The notes under the pieces: model-generated
The model's database searches: none
What the model was told of the DNA's origin: nothing
What the model saw: only the letters and a program-made list of their open reading frames with translations
Translations under genes and position numbers: made by a program
DNA from: an uncultured Gemmatimonadales bacterium
GTDB lineage: Bacteria > Gemmatimonadota > Gemmatimonadetes > Longimicrobiales > RSA9
NCBI GenBank assembly: GCA_963741945.1
Contig: CAVUKA010000005.1
Span: 64,001-128,000, forward strand
DNA length: 64,000 nucleotides
Reading direction: 5' to 3'
Part shown: in pieces, positions 1 through 9,958 of the stretch
How positions within the stretch are numbered: position 1 is the stretch's first letter
Layout of the letters: the number at the start of each line of letters is the position of its first letter

Positions 1-529
1 GGACGCCGCGCTGGCGGCGCTCACGACCACGCCCGCCACGCTGCTGGGCGTGCCGGAGCTGGCCCGGGTCGAGCCGCGGCTGCCCGCCACGTTCATCGTG
101 TCGCGGGGGCCGCTCTTCTCCGACAAGGGCCACGTGACCTACACGTTCGTCGAGGGTCGGCTGCAGGAGGCCGGCGGCGGCGAGGCGAAGGCGGGATCGG
201 CCGAGGAGGCGGTGGACTTCGGAGGCGAGTGGGCGATGAGCATCGACGCCCAGGGCCAGAAATTGGAGGCCACACTGGAGATCGTGCAGGATGGCGCCAC
301 GTTCACGGGCACCATGACGCTCATGGACCAGAAGCTCCCGATCCGGGATGGCACGATCGACGGCGATCGGATTTCCGGCGTCGCGGTCATGGACCAGGGG
401 GGCCAGACGCTGGAAGTGAAGATCACGGGGACCGTGGAAGGCGACGAAGCGACGGGCGAGGCGGACGCGGGGCCGATGGGGCTGGCCCAGTGGACGGCGA
501 AGCGCGCGGGACCGGGAGGTGCGCGATGA
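1..529 (+). CDS. C-terminal part of an amidohydrolase-family protein with an extra beta-rich C-terminal domain (5' end outside window)
   Basis: The frame reads ALAALTTTPATLLG...RVEPRLPATFIV, a typical amidohydrolase C-terminus. Its stop overlaps the next ATG (ATGA at 526-529). Confidence 0.6.
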   Translation, partial: DAALAALTTTPATLLGVPELARVEPRLPATFIVSRGPLFSDKGHVTYTFVEGRLQEAGGGEAKAGSAEEAVDFGGEWAMSIDAQGQKLEATLEIVQDGATFTGTMTLMDQKLPIRDGTIDGDRISGVAVMDQGGQTLEVKITGTVEGDEATGEADAGPMGLAQWTAKRAGPGGAR

Positions 530-3408
530 TCAGCGTGATGCGGACGACGAGCGGGACAGCGGGAGCGCGCGGCCACGGCCGCGTCACCGGCATGCGGTGG
601 CTGCGCCGGGCGCTGCGCCCGGTGGCGGGACTGGTGATCGCCGCCGGGATCGCCGCCGCGGGCGCACCGCGGCTGGCCGCGCAGGCAGGGGCGGCCGCGA
701 GCCCGGGGGCGGGGGCGTCGCCTGCCGCGGCAGCGCCGACGGCCGTCACGCCCACGGTCCTGACGCACCCGGACTACAAGGTCCAGATGGCGGTGGGCGC
801 GGTGGACGTGCCGCGCGGCTCGATGCTGATCCGTGACATCGACAGCGTGTGGACGGCCGCGGGGACGGTGCTCGCCCACGCGGACATCCTGATCCGGGAT
901 GGGGTGATCCGGGACATCGGATCCGGGCTCCCGGCGCCCGCCGGCGTGAAGGTGGTGGACGGGCGGGGCTACACGGCCATGCCGGGCTTCGTGGACCCCC
1001 ATTCCCACATCGCCATGGTCACGAGCAACGAGTGCACGTCGCCGGTGGTCCCGGAGGTGCGGGTGATCGACCAGCTCGATCCGGACGACTTCGGGATCTT
1101 CCGGGCCCTGACGGGCGGGGTCACCACGGCGCACGTGATGCACGGCAGCTGCAACCCGATCGGGGGGCAGAGCGCCATCATCAAGCCGCGCTGGGGGCTG
1201 AAGGACCCCGCGCAGTTCATGCTCCAGGGCGCGCCGCAGATCGTGAAGTTCGCGCTGGGTGAGAACGTGACGCGGAAGGGGTGGGCCGGCGAAGGCGTGC
1301 GGCGCTACCCGTGGTCGCGCCAGGGCGTGGAAGCGATCTACGTCCAGGCGTTCGATGCGGCGCGGGCGTACCAGGCGGAGTGGGACCGCTACCGCCGCGA
1401 CCCGAAGTCCTTCCGGGTTCCGCCGCGTCGCGACCTGCGGCTGGAAGCGCTGTCGGAGATCCTGCAGGGGAAGATCCGGGTCCAGGCGCACGCGTACCGG
1501 GCGGACGAGATCCTGATGCTCATGAACGTGGCGGAGCGATTCGGCTTCACGATCGACGGCTTCGTGCACGTACTCGAGGGATACAAGGTGGCGGACGAGA
1601 TGGCGGCGCACGGCGCGTACGCCACCACGTTCAGCGACTGGTGGCACTACAAGCTGGAAGCCATCGACGCCATCCCGTACAACGCCGCGATCCTGTGGAA
1701 CCATGGCGTGCACACGAGCCTGCATTCCGACAGCGAGGAGCTCCAGTCGCTGGCCATCTACGAGATCCAGAAGCCGGTGAAGTACGGCGGCGTGCCGAAG
1801 GAGGAGGCGCTCCGCATGTACACGCTGTACCCTGCACAGCAGCTCATGATCGCCGACAAGGTGGGCTCGCTGGAGAAGGGGAAGCAGGGGGACGTGGTCC
1901 TGCTGGACGGCGATCCGTTCGACAGCCACACGAGCGTGCGGATGACCATCATGGATGGACGCGTCTACTGGGACGCGGCGCACGAGGCCGACTACCGGCA
2001 CTTCCCCATGCGTCCGCTGCCCGTTCCCACCCGCGCGGCCGCGGCCGCGCAGCCGGTGCCGTGGGCGGCCACGAGGAAGCTCGTGGACGACGAGGCGCTG
2101 GCGGGGGGCGCCGCCCGGGCTGATGTCGCCGCGGCCCGCGAGGCCGGGGCCGACCATGGCCCATCCAGCGGCGTCGGCGAGTCCGCCGCCGCGTCCGGGT
2201 CGTTCGCGCTGGTGGGCGCCACCGTGCACACGGGCGACGGCCGGACCATCGAGAACGGCGTGGTGGTGGTCCGCGACGGCCGCATCGCCGCCGTCGGCCC
2301 CGCCGGCGAAGTGGAGGTGCCCGCGGGCGCGGAGCGCATCGACGTCGCAGGCAAGGAGCTGTTCCCCGGGCTCATCGACCTGGACACGGAGCTGGGGCTG
2401 CAGTCGATCGGGTCCGTGCCGACGGCCACGGACCAGCGCGAAGTGGGGAAGTTCAACCCGCACCTCCGGGCCATGGTGGGGATGCAGCCGCATTCCACCA
2501 CGTTCGGCGTGGCGCGGGCCAACGGCGTCACCACGGCTGTGACGCACATGTCCGGGAGCATCATCCCCGGCGCCGGGTCGCTGATCCAGCTGAAGGGAGA
2601 CACCCCGACGCGCATGTCGATCCTCGACCGGGCCGCCCTGTTCGTGGAGTTTCCACGCCCTGAAGGCGAGGAGTGGGACGAGCCGAAGCTGGAGGGCGAC
2701 GACCTCGAAGCGCTCGTCGCGCTGTTCGAGCGCGCGGAGCTGTTCGCGGAGGAGCCGACCACCGCCGAGGCGGCCGACCGCCCGTTCGAAGCCCAGGTCC
2801 ATGGCGGCGACCGCGCCATGCTCGAAGCCCTCGTGCCCGTGGTGCGCGGCGAGATGCCGGTCATCTTCGAGGCTTCACGCGAGCGGGAGATCCGTTCGCT
2901 GCTCCTCTTCCTGGACAGGTTCCCGGACGTTCGCGCGGCCATTCTGGGCGGCGATGGCGCCCATCACGTGGCCGGGGAGCTGGCTGAACGACGGATCCCC
3001 GTGATCCTCACGTCCGGGAACGGTGTCACGCGCGACCGGGACGAGTCCTACGCCGCCGCGTGGGCGAACGCGGCCGTGCTGAACGACGCGGGCGTCCCCG
3101 TGGCGGTGGCCACGGGCGGCGTGGACGCCGTACGCAATCTGCCGTACTTCGCCGCGCGGCACTGGGCGTACGGGCTGCCGCACGATGTGGCGCTGCGGGC
3201 CATCACGTCGACGCCGGCCGAAATCCTGGGGCTGGGTGGCGAGATCGGGAGCATCGCGCCCGGGAGGCGGGCGGACCTGGTCCTCACCGACGGCGACATC
3301 CTGGAAATCACCACCGACATCGAGCGGATGTGGGTCGGCGGCGAGGAAGTGGATCCCAGGGACAACCGGCAGTACGAACTCTACCAGTCGTTCCTGAACC
3401 GGCACTGA
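526..3408 (+). CDS. Exported amidohydrolase-family protein with two tandem amidohydrolase domains
   Basis: Signal-like N-terminus. Domain 1 has PGFVDPHSH, KFALGEN and VGSLEKGKQGDVV. Domain 2 has PGLIDLDT and IGSIAPGRRADLV. Confidence 0.85.
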   Translation: MISVMRTTSGTAGARGHGRVTGMRWLRRALRPVAGLVIAAGIAAAGAPRLAAQAGAAASPGAGASPAAAAPTAVTPTVLTHPDYKVQMAVGAVDVPRGSMLIRDIDSVWTAAGTVLAHADILIRDGVIRDIGSGLPAPAGVKVVDGRGYTAMPGFVDPHSHIAMVTSNECTSPVVPEVRVIDQLDPDDFGIFRALTGGVTTAHVMHGSCNPIGGQSAIIKPRWGLKDPAQFMLQGAPQIVKFALGENVTRKGWAGEGVRRYPWSRQGVEAIYVQAFDAARAYQAEWDRYRRDPKSFRVPPRRDLRLEALSEILQGKIRVQAHAYRADEILMLMNVAERFGFTIDGFVHVLEGYKVADEMAAHGAYATTFSDWWHYKLEAIDAIPYNAAILWNHGVHTSLHSDSEELQSLAIYEIQKPVKYGGVPKEEALRMYTLYPAQQLMIADKVGSLEKGKQGDVVLLDGDPFDSHTSVRMTIMDGRVYWDAAHEADYRHFPMRPLPVPTRAAAAAQPVPWAATRKLVDDEALAGGAARADVAAAREAGADHGPSSGVGESAAASGSFALVGATVHTGDGRTIENGVVVVRDGRIAAVGPAGEVEVPAGAERIDVAGKELFPGLIDLDTELGLQSIGSVPTATDQREVGKFNPHLRAMVGMQPHSTTFGVARANGVTTAVTHMSGSIIPGAGSLIQLKGDTPTRMSILDRAALFVEFPRPEGEEWDEPKLEGDDLEALVALFERAELFAEEPTTAEAADRPFEAQVHGGDRAMLEALVPVVRGEMPVIFEASREREIRSLLLFLDRFPDVRAAILGGDGAHHVAGELAERRIPVILTSGNGVTRDRDESYAAAWANAAVLNDAGVPVAVATGGVDAVRNLPYFAARHWAYGLPHDVALRAITSTPAEILGLGGEIGSIAPGRRADLVLTDGDILEITTDIERMWVGGEEVDPRDNRQYELYQSFLNRH

Positions 3409-3412
3409 GCAG

Positions 3413-3449
3413 GGTGGAGGCGCCGGGCTTCCCGCCCGGCGCCTCCATC
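3413..3449. terminator. GC-rich hairpin between convergent genes
   Basis: TGGAGGCGCCGGGC-ttccc-GCCCGGCGCCTCCA, a 14-bp perfect stem. Confidence 0.65.
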
Positions 3450-3456
3450 TCCGGGG

Positions 3457-5367
3457 CTAGGATCCCGCGCGTTTCCCGACCGAAAGCCGGTCGGGGCCGG
3501 ACGGGAGCTGATCCGCGGGCACGGGGCGGCCGGTGAGGTGGCCCTGGATGAAGTCGCAGCCAGCGCGCTGGAGCCATTGCAGCTGCGTTTCCGATTCCAC
3601 GCCCTTGGCCACCACGGCGGCATCGAGGCCGTGGGCCAGGGCGATCGTCGCTTCCACCACCCGCTCGTCGGCGGCGTCGGTGCCGATCCCCCGGATGAAG
3701 TCCTGGTGCAGCTTCAGGATATCGATCGGGAGCCGCCTCAGCTGCGCCAGCGAAGTGGCCCAGGTGCCATAATCGTCCAGGGCAATGGCCGCGCCCGTGT
3801 TCTTGAGCGCCCACACCAGGTCGGCAGCTTCGCCGGGATCCGGACCGAAAGCGCCGTCGGGCAGCTCCAGCACGAGCGTGCCCGGCTCCAGCCCCGCGTC
3901 CTCGATCGTACGGCGGATGAACTCGGGGAGACCGGGGTCCGCGAGCGAGTGCGGGGACAGGTTCACCGCCACCCACCCGGGGAGGTGTCCGGCGCCCTCG
4001 CCCCGCCGCTGCTCGGCCGCGCTGGCGATCGCCCAGCGGTCCAGCGCGCGCACCAGGCCGGAGCGCTCGGCCAGGCGGATGAACTGGCTGGCATTGACCA
4101 GCCCGCGCGTGAAGTGGCGCCAGCGGGACAGCGCTTCCGCGCCCACGCGCTCGCCGGTCGCGATGCGGAACACCGGCTGGAAGTGGAGCTGGAACTCGTG
4201 GTGCTCGAGGCCCCAGCGCATGTCCTGCTCCATGCGCAGCTCGACCTCCACCCGGTCGCGGAGCTCCGGCCGGTAGAACTGGATGCCCAGCCCGCCCGTC
4301 TTCGCCCGGTACATGGCCAGATCCGCGCATTTGAGCAGGTCCGCCAGCTCCGCGCCGTCCTCCGGAAACAATGCGACGCCGATGCTCGCGGTCACGGGCA
4401 CATCGTGCCCCTCCGCCACCGCGCGCTCCGGGAGCCCGTCCAGGATCCGATGGGCCACCCGGCCAGCCGCGTCCTCGTCGCGCACGTCCGCGAGAAGGAT
4501 CGCGAACTCGTCCCCGCCCATGCGGCCCACGAGGTCGGTCTCGCGCAGGACCCGCCGCAGCAGCCCGGCCACGTCCTTCAGCAGCGCGTCGCCAGCTTCG
4601 TGTCCCAGGAGATCGTTCACCTCCTTGAAATGATCGAGGTCCAGGTACAGCACGGCCGCGAGGCGCTCCTGCCGGCGGGACAGGGAGAGGGTGGCGGCCC
4701 CGCGCTCGAAAAAGAAGCGGCGGTTCGCCAGCCCCGTCAGCGCGTCGTAGTACGCCAGGTGCTGGATCTCGCCCTCGAGCGTCCGTTCGGGGGTGAAGCC
4801 CCGCAGCGTCACCAGCACACCGCCCACCACCGGGTCGTCGGACAGGTTCCGGGCGCGCACGTCCAGGCGAGTCTCGCCGCCTTCCGGGCGGGCGATGGTC
4901 ACCTCCAGCCGTACGCTGGCACCGGGCTGCCTGCGCACTTTCGCGAACTCCTGCAGCACCCTGCGCCGATCGCCGGGCGGGACCAGGTCGAGCAGTCCCC
5001 CGTTCTCCACCAGCCCGTCCAGGTCCGCGCCGACCACCTGCCCGAGATTCGGGCCGGTGAACAGGAGCTCACCCCGAAGCCCCACGACCATCTGCGCTTC
5101 CCGGCTCTCTTCCAGGAGGCGGCCCCGGAGGTCGGCGAGCGTGCCCTCGCGCCGGCTCGCGGCTTCCGACGCCCGGAGCTCGCGCCGGTAGAGGAGCCAG
5201 AGCACGGCGAGGCCGCCCACCCAGACCAGGGCGGCGACGGCGGCGGTCAGGATCGAGCCATTCAGGGCGAGCGTCGGCACGAAATAGAGGAGCGTGCCGG
5301 CGAGGAGCACCCCGAAGAGCGCGTCGACCGCTGGGCTGGAGCGGCGGCCGGGGTCGGGTGGTGACAT
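3457..5367 (-). CDS. Membrane-anchored PAS-GGDEF-EAL protein (diguanylate cyclase with degenerate EAL)
   Basis: Two TM segments, YYDALTGLANR, DLDHFKEVND, RMGGDEF, AEALSRW. Start placed at MSPPDP. Confidence 0.9.
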   Translation of the reverse strand: MSPPDPGRRSSPAVDALFGVLLAGTLLYFVPTLALNGSILTAAVAALVWVGGLAVLWLLYRRELRASEAASRREGTLADLRGRLLEESREAQMVVGLRGELLFTGPNLGQVVGADLDGLVENGGLLDLVPPGDRRRVLQEFAKVRRQPGASVRLEVTIARPEGGETRLDVRARNLSDDPVVGGVLVTLRGFTPERTLEGEIQHLAYYDALTGLANRRFFFERGAATLSLSRRQERLAAVLYLDLDHFKEVNDLLGHEAGDALLKDVAGLLRRVLRETDLVGRMGGDEFAILLADVRDEDAAGRVAHRILDGLPERAVAEGHDVPVTASIGVALFPEDGAELADLLKCADLAMYRAKTGGLGIQFYRPELRDRVEVELRMEQDMRWGLEHHEFQLHFQPVFRIATGERVGAEALSRWRHFTRGLVNASQFIRLAERSGLVRALDRWAIASAAEQRRGEGAGHLPGWVAVNLSPHSLADPGLPEFIRRTIEDAGLEPGTLVLELPDGAFGPDPGEAADLVWALKNTGAAIALDDYGTWATSLAQLRRLPIDILKLHQDFIRGIGTDAADERVVEATIALAHGLDAAVVAKGVESETQLQWLQRAGCDFIQGHLTGRPVPADQLPSGPDRLSVGKRAGS

Positions 5368-5444
5368 CAGCGCAATATGCCGGTGCGGGTGGCGCCCCGG
5401 CAAGAAAAGCTTCTCGCCCGTGGTGTCCGGGCCCGCGTCGCCGG

Positions 5445-7256
5445 CTACGGCAGCGCCTTGCGGTTGTCGGACCGGTCCGCCTCGATCAGCACGTGATCCG
5501 GATCGAGGAGCACGGCTTCCGGCCTGCCATCCAGGTGGAACGTGACCCGCTGCACCCGATCGGGCGACTCCAGCCGCTTCCGCTCTCCGCCCGCCTCCAC
5601 CACCACCGGCATCCACGCCTCGCCTTTGCGCACGACCTCCGCCGTGACCGTGTATGCGCCGTTCTCCTGCCGGACGGAGACATCGCCGACCGCGTAGTCG
5701 AGAAGCTCGGTCCGATCGATCCACTCCTCGAAGAACCAGTCCAGGTCACGGCCGGCCACGGATTCCATGACGTTCTCGAAGTCCGCCGGCGTGACCTGGT
5801 GGAAGCGGAACCGGTCGTAATACGCGTGCATGGCACGGAGGAACGTCTCCTCGCCGATCACGTAGCGCAGCATGCGCAGCACCGCCGCGCCCTTCTCGTA
5901 CGTCATCATGCTGTACATCGGGTAGCTGGCGAAGTCCGCCCCCGGCAGTCCCACGGGCTCGCCGCGACCCGCGGCATCGAGATGCGCCACCTCGGCCATG
6001 GTGCGCCCCCAGACGCGGTCGGGGTCGGCTCCGTCCCGCACCGCCAGCCAGTTGGACAGGAAGCTCGCCATGCCCTCATCCAGCCAGCCGTCCCGCCATT
6101 CGTTGTTCGCCAGCACGCCATGGAAGATCATGTGCATGGTCTCGTGCGTGATGGCACCCCCGCTGGTCATGAACAGCATCTCGAACTCGGTGGCCCCGCG
6201 CTCGACGCGATCGGTGACGGTGATCTGCGGCCAGGGGTACTCGCCCACCACCGTGACGATCCAGTCCAGCGCCGCCTTCTCCTGCGTCATCGTCCGCTCC
6301 GGGTCCCACCGCTCGTTCGTGGGCTCCCACAGCAGGTTGATCGGCCGGCCGTTCCACCGCCCGCCCATGTAGACGTAATCGGGGGACGTGCTCCAGGCGA
6401 AGTTGTGCACCTTCTCGGCGTGCCAGCGGATCCGCTTGCGACCGGCGACGGCATCGCCGGTCAGGAGACCCAGCGGCTGGGACGCCCCGATGTTGTAGAA
6501 GTCACGGAGGAAGCGTGGCGGCTCCGATCCCTGCACGGCCACGGCGCCCCATCCGGGGTCGCCCTCCACCGGGAGTCCCGTCGCGCCCACCACCTGATCG
6601 ACGGGAAGATCCAGCGTGACGTCATACGTGCCGAAGTTGCCGTTCAGCTCCCCGGGCCTGATGTGGGGCCGGTACTCCCAGCCTCCCGGTCCGTAGACGG
6701 CGATGCGCGGGTACCAGTGCGCCCAGTCGTAGTGCCGCCCCTTCCGCCCCTGGCGACGCGGGTGCGTGGAGAGCCGCGCCGTCCAGTCGATGACCGCCAC
6801 CACGCTGTCCCCCGGCTCGAGCGGCCGGGGCAGCTCGACATAGAAGACGGTCGAGTCCGGCGATCCGGGGTAGACCGGAGCCACCGCTTCCCCGTTCAGG
6901 GTGAACCCCGACAGTCGCTCGAACGCCTGGTCCGGCGCCGGCAGGTCCTGGTACTCGCGGTCGCCGTGCGCGAGGTCGTACTGCGCCCACGCGCTGTTGG
7001 GCCGGAAGGCGTTCAGGTACTGGTGGAAATAGAGCCGCTCCAGCGCCGCGGGGGCGTTGTTCGTGTACGTGAGGCGAGCCCGCCCGCGAAGCACGTCCGT
7101 GGCATCGTCCTGGAACGCCTCGATGCGGTAGCGCACCCCCTGCTGGAACGGGTGCGAGCGCTTCGGGGCCGCGCTCTCCTGCGCCCTCAGCGCGCCCGGC
7201 GAAAGGAGAACGGCCGAAAGGACGACCGAAGCAACGGCTGCAATGGAACGGGTCAC
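5445..7256 (-). CDS. M1-family zinc aminopeptidase, exported
   Basis: HETMH-x18-E zinc motif, WLDEG, YEKGA, signal peptide. Confidence 0.88.
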   Translation of the reverse strand: MTRSIAAVASVVLSAVLLSPGALRAQESAAPKRSHPFQQGVRYRIEAFQDDATDVLRGRARLTYTNNAPAALERLYFHQYLNAFRPNSAWAQYDLAHGDREYQDLPAPDQAFERLSGFTLNGEAVAPVYPGSPDSTVFYVELPRPLEPGDSVVAVIDWTARLSTHPRRQGRKGRHYDWAHWYPRIAVYGPGGWEYRPHIRPGELNGNFGTYDVTLDLPVDQVVGATGLPVEGDPGWGAVAVQGSEPPRFLRDFYNIGASQPLGLLTGDAVAGRKRIRWHAEKVHNFAWSTSPDYVYMGGRWNGRPINLLWEPTNERWDPERTMTQEKAALDWIVTVVGEYPWPQITVTDRVERGATEFEMLFMTSGGAITHETMHMIFHGVLANNEWRDGWLDEGMASFLSNWLAVRDGADPDRVWGRTMAEVAHLDAAGRGEPVGLPGADFASYPMYSMMTYEKGAAVLRMLRYVIGEETFLRAMHAYYDRFRFHQVTPADFENVMESVAGRDLDWFFEEWIDRTELLDYAVGDVSVRQENGAYTVTAEVVRKGEAWMPVVVEAGGERKRLESPDRVQRVTFHLDGRPEAVLLDPDHVLIEADRSDNRKALP

Positions 7257-7469
7257 GTAATGCGTCCTTGTCGCTGGTTCGCTCAGGCGGAGCTACGCAC
7301 GGGGCCGGGGCCTACCGAGGGCGCCGGGCTCCGATCGTCGGTTTCCGTACGCCGCGCCCGCCTCCGCGGTTCCGCCGAACCTCTGCCCTCGCGCGCCGGT
7401 TTGCAAACCGGGCATCCCCGCGACCATCTTGCACCCCTGTCCAATGCCACAACAGGAGACGTGAGGAAG

Positions 7470-8876
7470 ATGACGCCACGTGGGTCCCGCGCAGCCGCCG
7501 CGCTCGCAGCCGTATTCGCCCTTGTCCTCGTCCTGCCCGCCGCGCGCGCGGCCGCCCAGGCCCCCCTCACGCCCCCGGCGCGCGACCTTCGCATCCGTGA
7601 CATGGTCGACTCGATCTCCGCTGCCCGAATCGAGCAGGATGTGCGGACGCTGGTCGGGTTCGGGACGCGACACACGCTGTCGGACACGGTCTCCACCACC
7701 CGCGGGATCGGCGCGGCCCGGCGCTGGACGTATGCCGAGTTCCAGCGCATCAGCCAGGGGTGCGGCGGGTGCCTGGACGTGGAGTACCAGCGCTACCTGG
7801 TGAACGGCGATCCTCAGGGCCGGATCAAGCAGGACACCTGGGTGGTGAGCGTCACGGCCACGCTCCGGGGCACGACGGAGCCGGACCACTACGTGCTCAT
7901 GAGCGGCGACATCGACTCGCGCGTCTCCGACGCCATGAACGACACCGCCACCAGCCCAGGCGCCAACGACAACGCCAGCGGTCTGGCCGGCACGCTGGAA
8001 GCGGCGAGGGTGCTGACGAAGCACCGCTACGACAGGACCATCGTTTTCGCCGCGCTTTCGGGCGAGGAGCAGGGGCTGTTCGGCGGCACCGACCTGGCGA
8101 AGAAGGGGAAGGACGCGGGCTGGAACGTCGACGCGGTGTTGAACAACGACATGATCGGGAACATCCAGGGGATCGACGGCGTCATCGACAACACGTCGTT
8201 CCGCGTGTTCAGTCAGCCCCGGCCGGTGACGGACACCGAGCGGACCACGCGGGCGCTGCGCTTCTACGGCGGCGAGGTGGACGGGCCCTCGCGGCAGCTG
8301 GCGCGTTACGTCGCCCGCGTGGCGGATGACTACTTCGCGGCCACCCTGGACCCGATGATGGTGTACCGCCTCGACCGCTTCGGCCGCGGCGGGCATCACA
8401 GGCCGTTCAACGACCAGGGGTTCCCCGCCGTACGCATCATGGAGACGCACGAGAACTACAACCGCCAGCACCAGGATGTTCGCGAGGAGAACGGTATCCA
8501 CTACGGCGACGTCATCGAGGGCGTCGACTTCGACTACGCCCGCAAGCTCACGGGGGTGAACGTCGCCGTCCTGGCTTCGCTGGCGTGGGCGCCGCGGCAG
8601 CCGCAGGACGTGCACATTGCGGGGGCGGTGGAGCCGGCGGCGCGGCTGAGCTGGAACGTGAGCGCGGCGGACGACCTGGCCGGCTACAAGATCTACTGGC
8701 GCCTCACCACGGCCCCGCAGTGGACCCACTGGATCTACCTGCCCTGGGATGGTGAGCAGGAGGCCATGTCCCACGTCATGGACGGGCTGGTGCTCGACAA
8801 TTACCTGTTCGGTGTGGCCGCCGTGGACCGGGACGGCCACGAGAGCGTGGTGGCGTTTCCGACGCCGGGGACGTAG
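7470..8876 (+). CDS. M28-family metallopeptidase with C-terminal FN3-like domain, exported
   Basis: GDIDSR, PGANDNASG, GEEQGLFG, LNNDMIG, DRFGRGGHH. RBS GAGG precedes the ATG at 7470. Confidence 0.88.
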   Translation: MTPRGSRAAAALAAVFALVLVLPAARAAAQAPLTPPARDLRIRDMVDSISAARIEQDVRTLVGFGTRHTLSDTVSTTRGIGAARRWTYAEFQRISQGCGGCLDVEYQRYLVNGDPQGRIKQDTWVVSVTATLRGTTEPDHYVLMSGDIDSRVSDAMNDTATSPGANDNASGLAGTLEAARVLTKHRYDRTIVFAALSGEEQGLFGGTDLAKKGKDAGWNVDAVLNNDMIGNIQGIDGVIDNTSFRVFSQPRPVTDTERTTRALRFYGGEVDGPSRQLARYVARVADDYFAATLDPMMVYRLDRFGRGGHHRPFNDQGFPAVRIMETHENYNRQHQDVREENGIHYGDVIEGVDFDYARKLTGVNVAVLASLAWAPRQPQDVHIAGAVEPAARLSWNVSAADDLAGYKIYWRLTTAPQWTHWIYLPWDGEQEAMSHVMDGLVLDNYLFGVAAVDRDGHESVVAFPTPGT

Positions 8877-8914
8877 GCCTTTCACCGCCACGGCCTTGCC
8901 GATGCGGGCCGCGC

Positions 8915-9958
8915 TCAGAGCCGCAGCGTCTCTCCCATGGCCGGGATGTGAAGGCGGTCGGGGGGCAGTCCCAGGGCATCCCAGGCGGCGCGGGCGCGCG
9001 CCGGCGGCTCCAGCGGGTCCTCGTCGGTGAGGCGGAACGTGCCCCAGTGCATGGCCACCATGCGGCTGGCCCGCACGTCGAGGCTGGCCTGCACCGCCTC
9101 CTCCGGGTTCATGTGGCTGGTGCGCATGAACCATCGCGGCTCGTACGCGCCGATGGGGAGGAGCGCGGCGTCGAACGGGGGCTCGCGGTCTCCGATCTCG
9201 GCGAAAGCGGGGCAGTAGCCGCTGTCGCCGCCGAAATAGAGGCGGCGTCCGCCCACGCTCAGCGCCCAGGAGCACCAGAGGCGCGTGCGCGTGTCCCAGA
9301 AGTGGCGCCGCGACCAGTGCCTGGCCGGCAGCGCGCGGAACCCGGCGACCGCGCCCGACGCAGTGTTCAGCGCCTTCTCTCCCCACCAGTCGAGCTCCAC
9401 CAGCCGGCGCACCCGATGCTTCCGGAACCAGGGCGCATAGCCGAGTGGGGTGATCCACGCGGTGTCATAGCCACCCGCGCGTCGCCGCAGGGCCGCCACG
9501 GTGCGAGCATCCAGGTGGTCGTAATGGTCGTGGGACAGGACCACCGCATCCACCGGCGGCAGCTCGCCAACGGACAGCCCCGGGGGCGAAAAGCGTCTGG
9601 GCCCGGCCCACGACACCGGGGAAGCCCGTCCTCCGAGGACGGGGTCGGTGAGCAGGTTCAGGCCGGGGGCCTGGATGAGAAAGCTGGATTGGCCGAGCCA
9701 CGTTACCCGCAGCTCGTCCGAGTCGGGAGCGAGCGCGGGGCGCGCCACCTCGGGAACGGCCCGCGGGATCCGGCCGGGAGCCGGATCGGGCGGCAATTTC
9801 GACCAGAGCCGCTGCCACCCCCACTTCAGGACGTCCGCGCCTCCCTCCTCCGCCCGATCCTTCATCGGCCACGGATTTCTGTAGCGGCCATCGGGGGCAT
9901 GGTGAGCCGGCGGATCGTTCACGGCGATGTCGCCGGCGGGCGGGAGGTCCAGCTTCAT
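8915..9958 (-). CDS. MBL-fold metallohydrolase (NAPE-PLD/RomA-like)
   Basis: SHDHYDHLD, PARHWS, FGGDSGY, PIGAYEPRW, MHWGTF. Confidence 0.88.
   Translation of the reverse strand: MKLDLPPAGDIAVNDPPAHHAPDGRYRNPWPMKDRAEEGGADVLKWGWQRLWSKLPPDPAPGRIPRAVPEVARPALAPDSDELRVTWLGQSSFLIQAPGLNLLTDPVLGGRASPVSWAGPRRFSPPGLSVGELPPVDAVVLSHDHYDHLDARTVAALRRRAGGYDTAWITPLGYAPWFRKHRVRRLVELDWWGEKALNTASGAVAGFRALPARHWSRRHFWDTRTRLWCSWALSVGGRRLYFGGDSGYCPAFAEIGDREPPFDAALLPIGAYEPRWFMRTSHMNPEEAVQASLDVRASRMVAMHWGTFRLTDEDPLEPPARARAAWDALGLPPDRLHIPAMGETLRL

Noticed and set aside
139-2802. Long antisense or alternative-frame ORFs here and throughout (e.g. 3538..5364, 24096..26711, 31595..34168)
   Set aside because: These are shadow ORFs typical of high-GC DNA, lying opposite genes with clear motifs.
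6180-6200. GATEF instead of GAMEN in the M1 peptidase
   Set aside because: This motif varies among bacterial M1 enzymes, and the zinc ligands are intact.
5358-7469. 700-aa N-terminal extension of the M28 peptidase in the ORF track
   Set aside because: It is antisense to the M1 peptidase. The signal peptide and RBS indicate a start at 7470.
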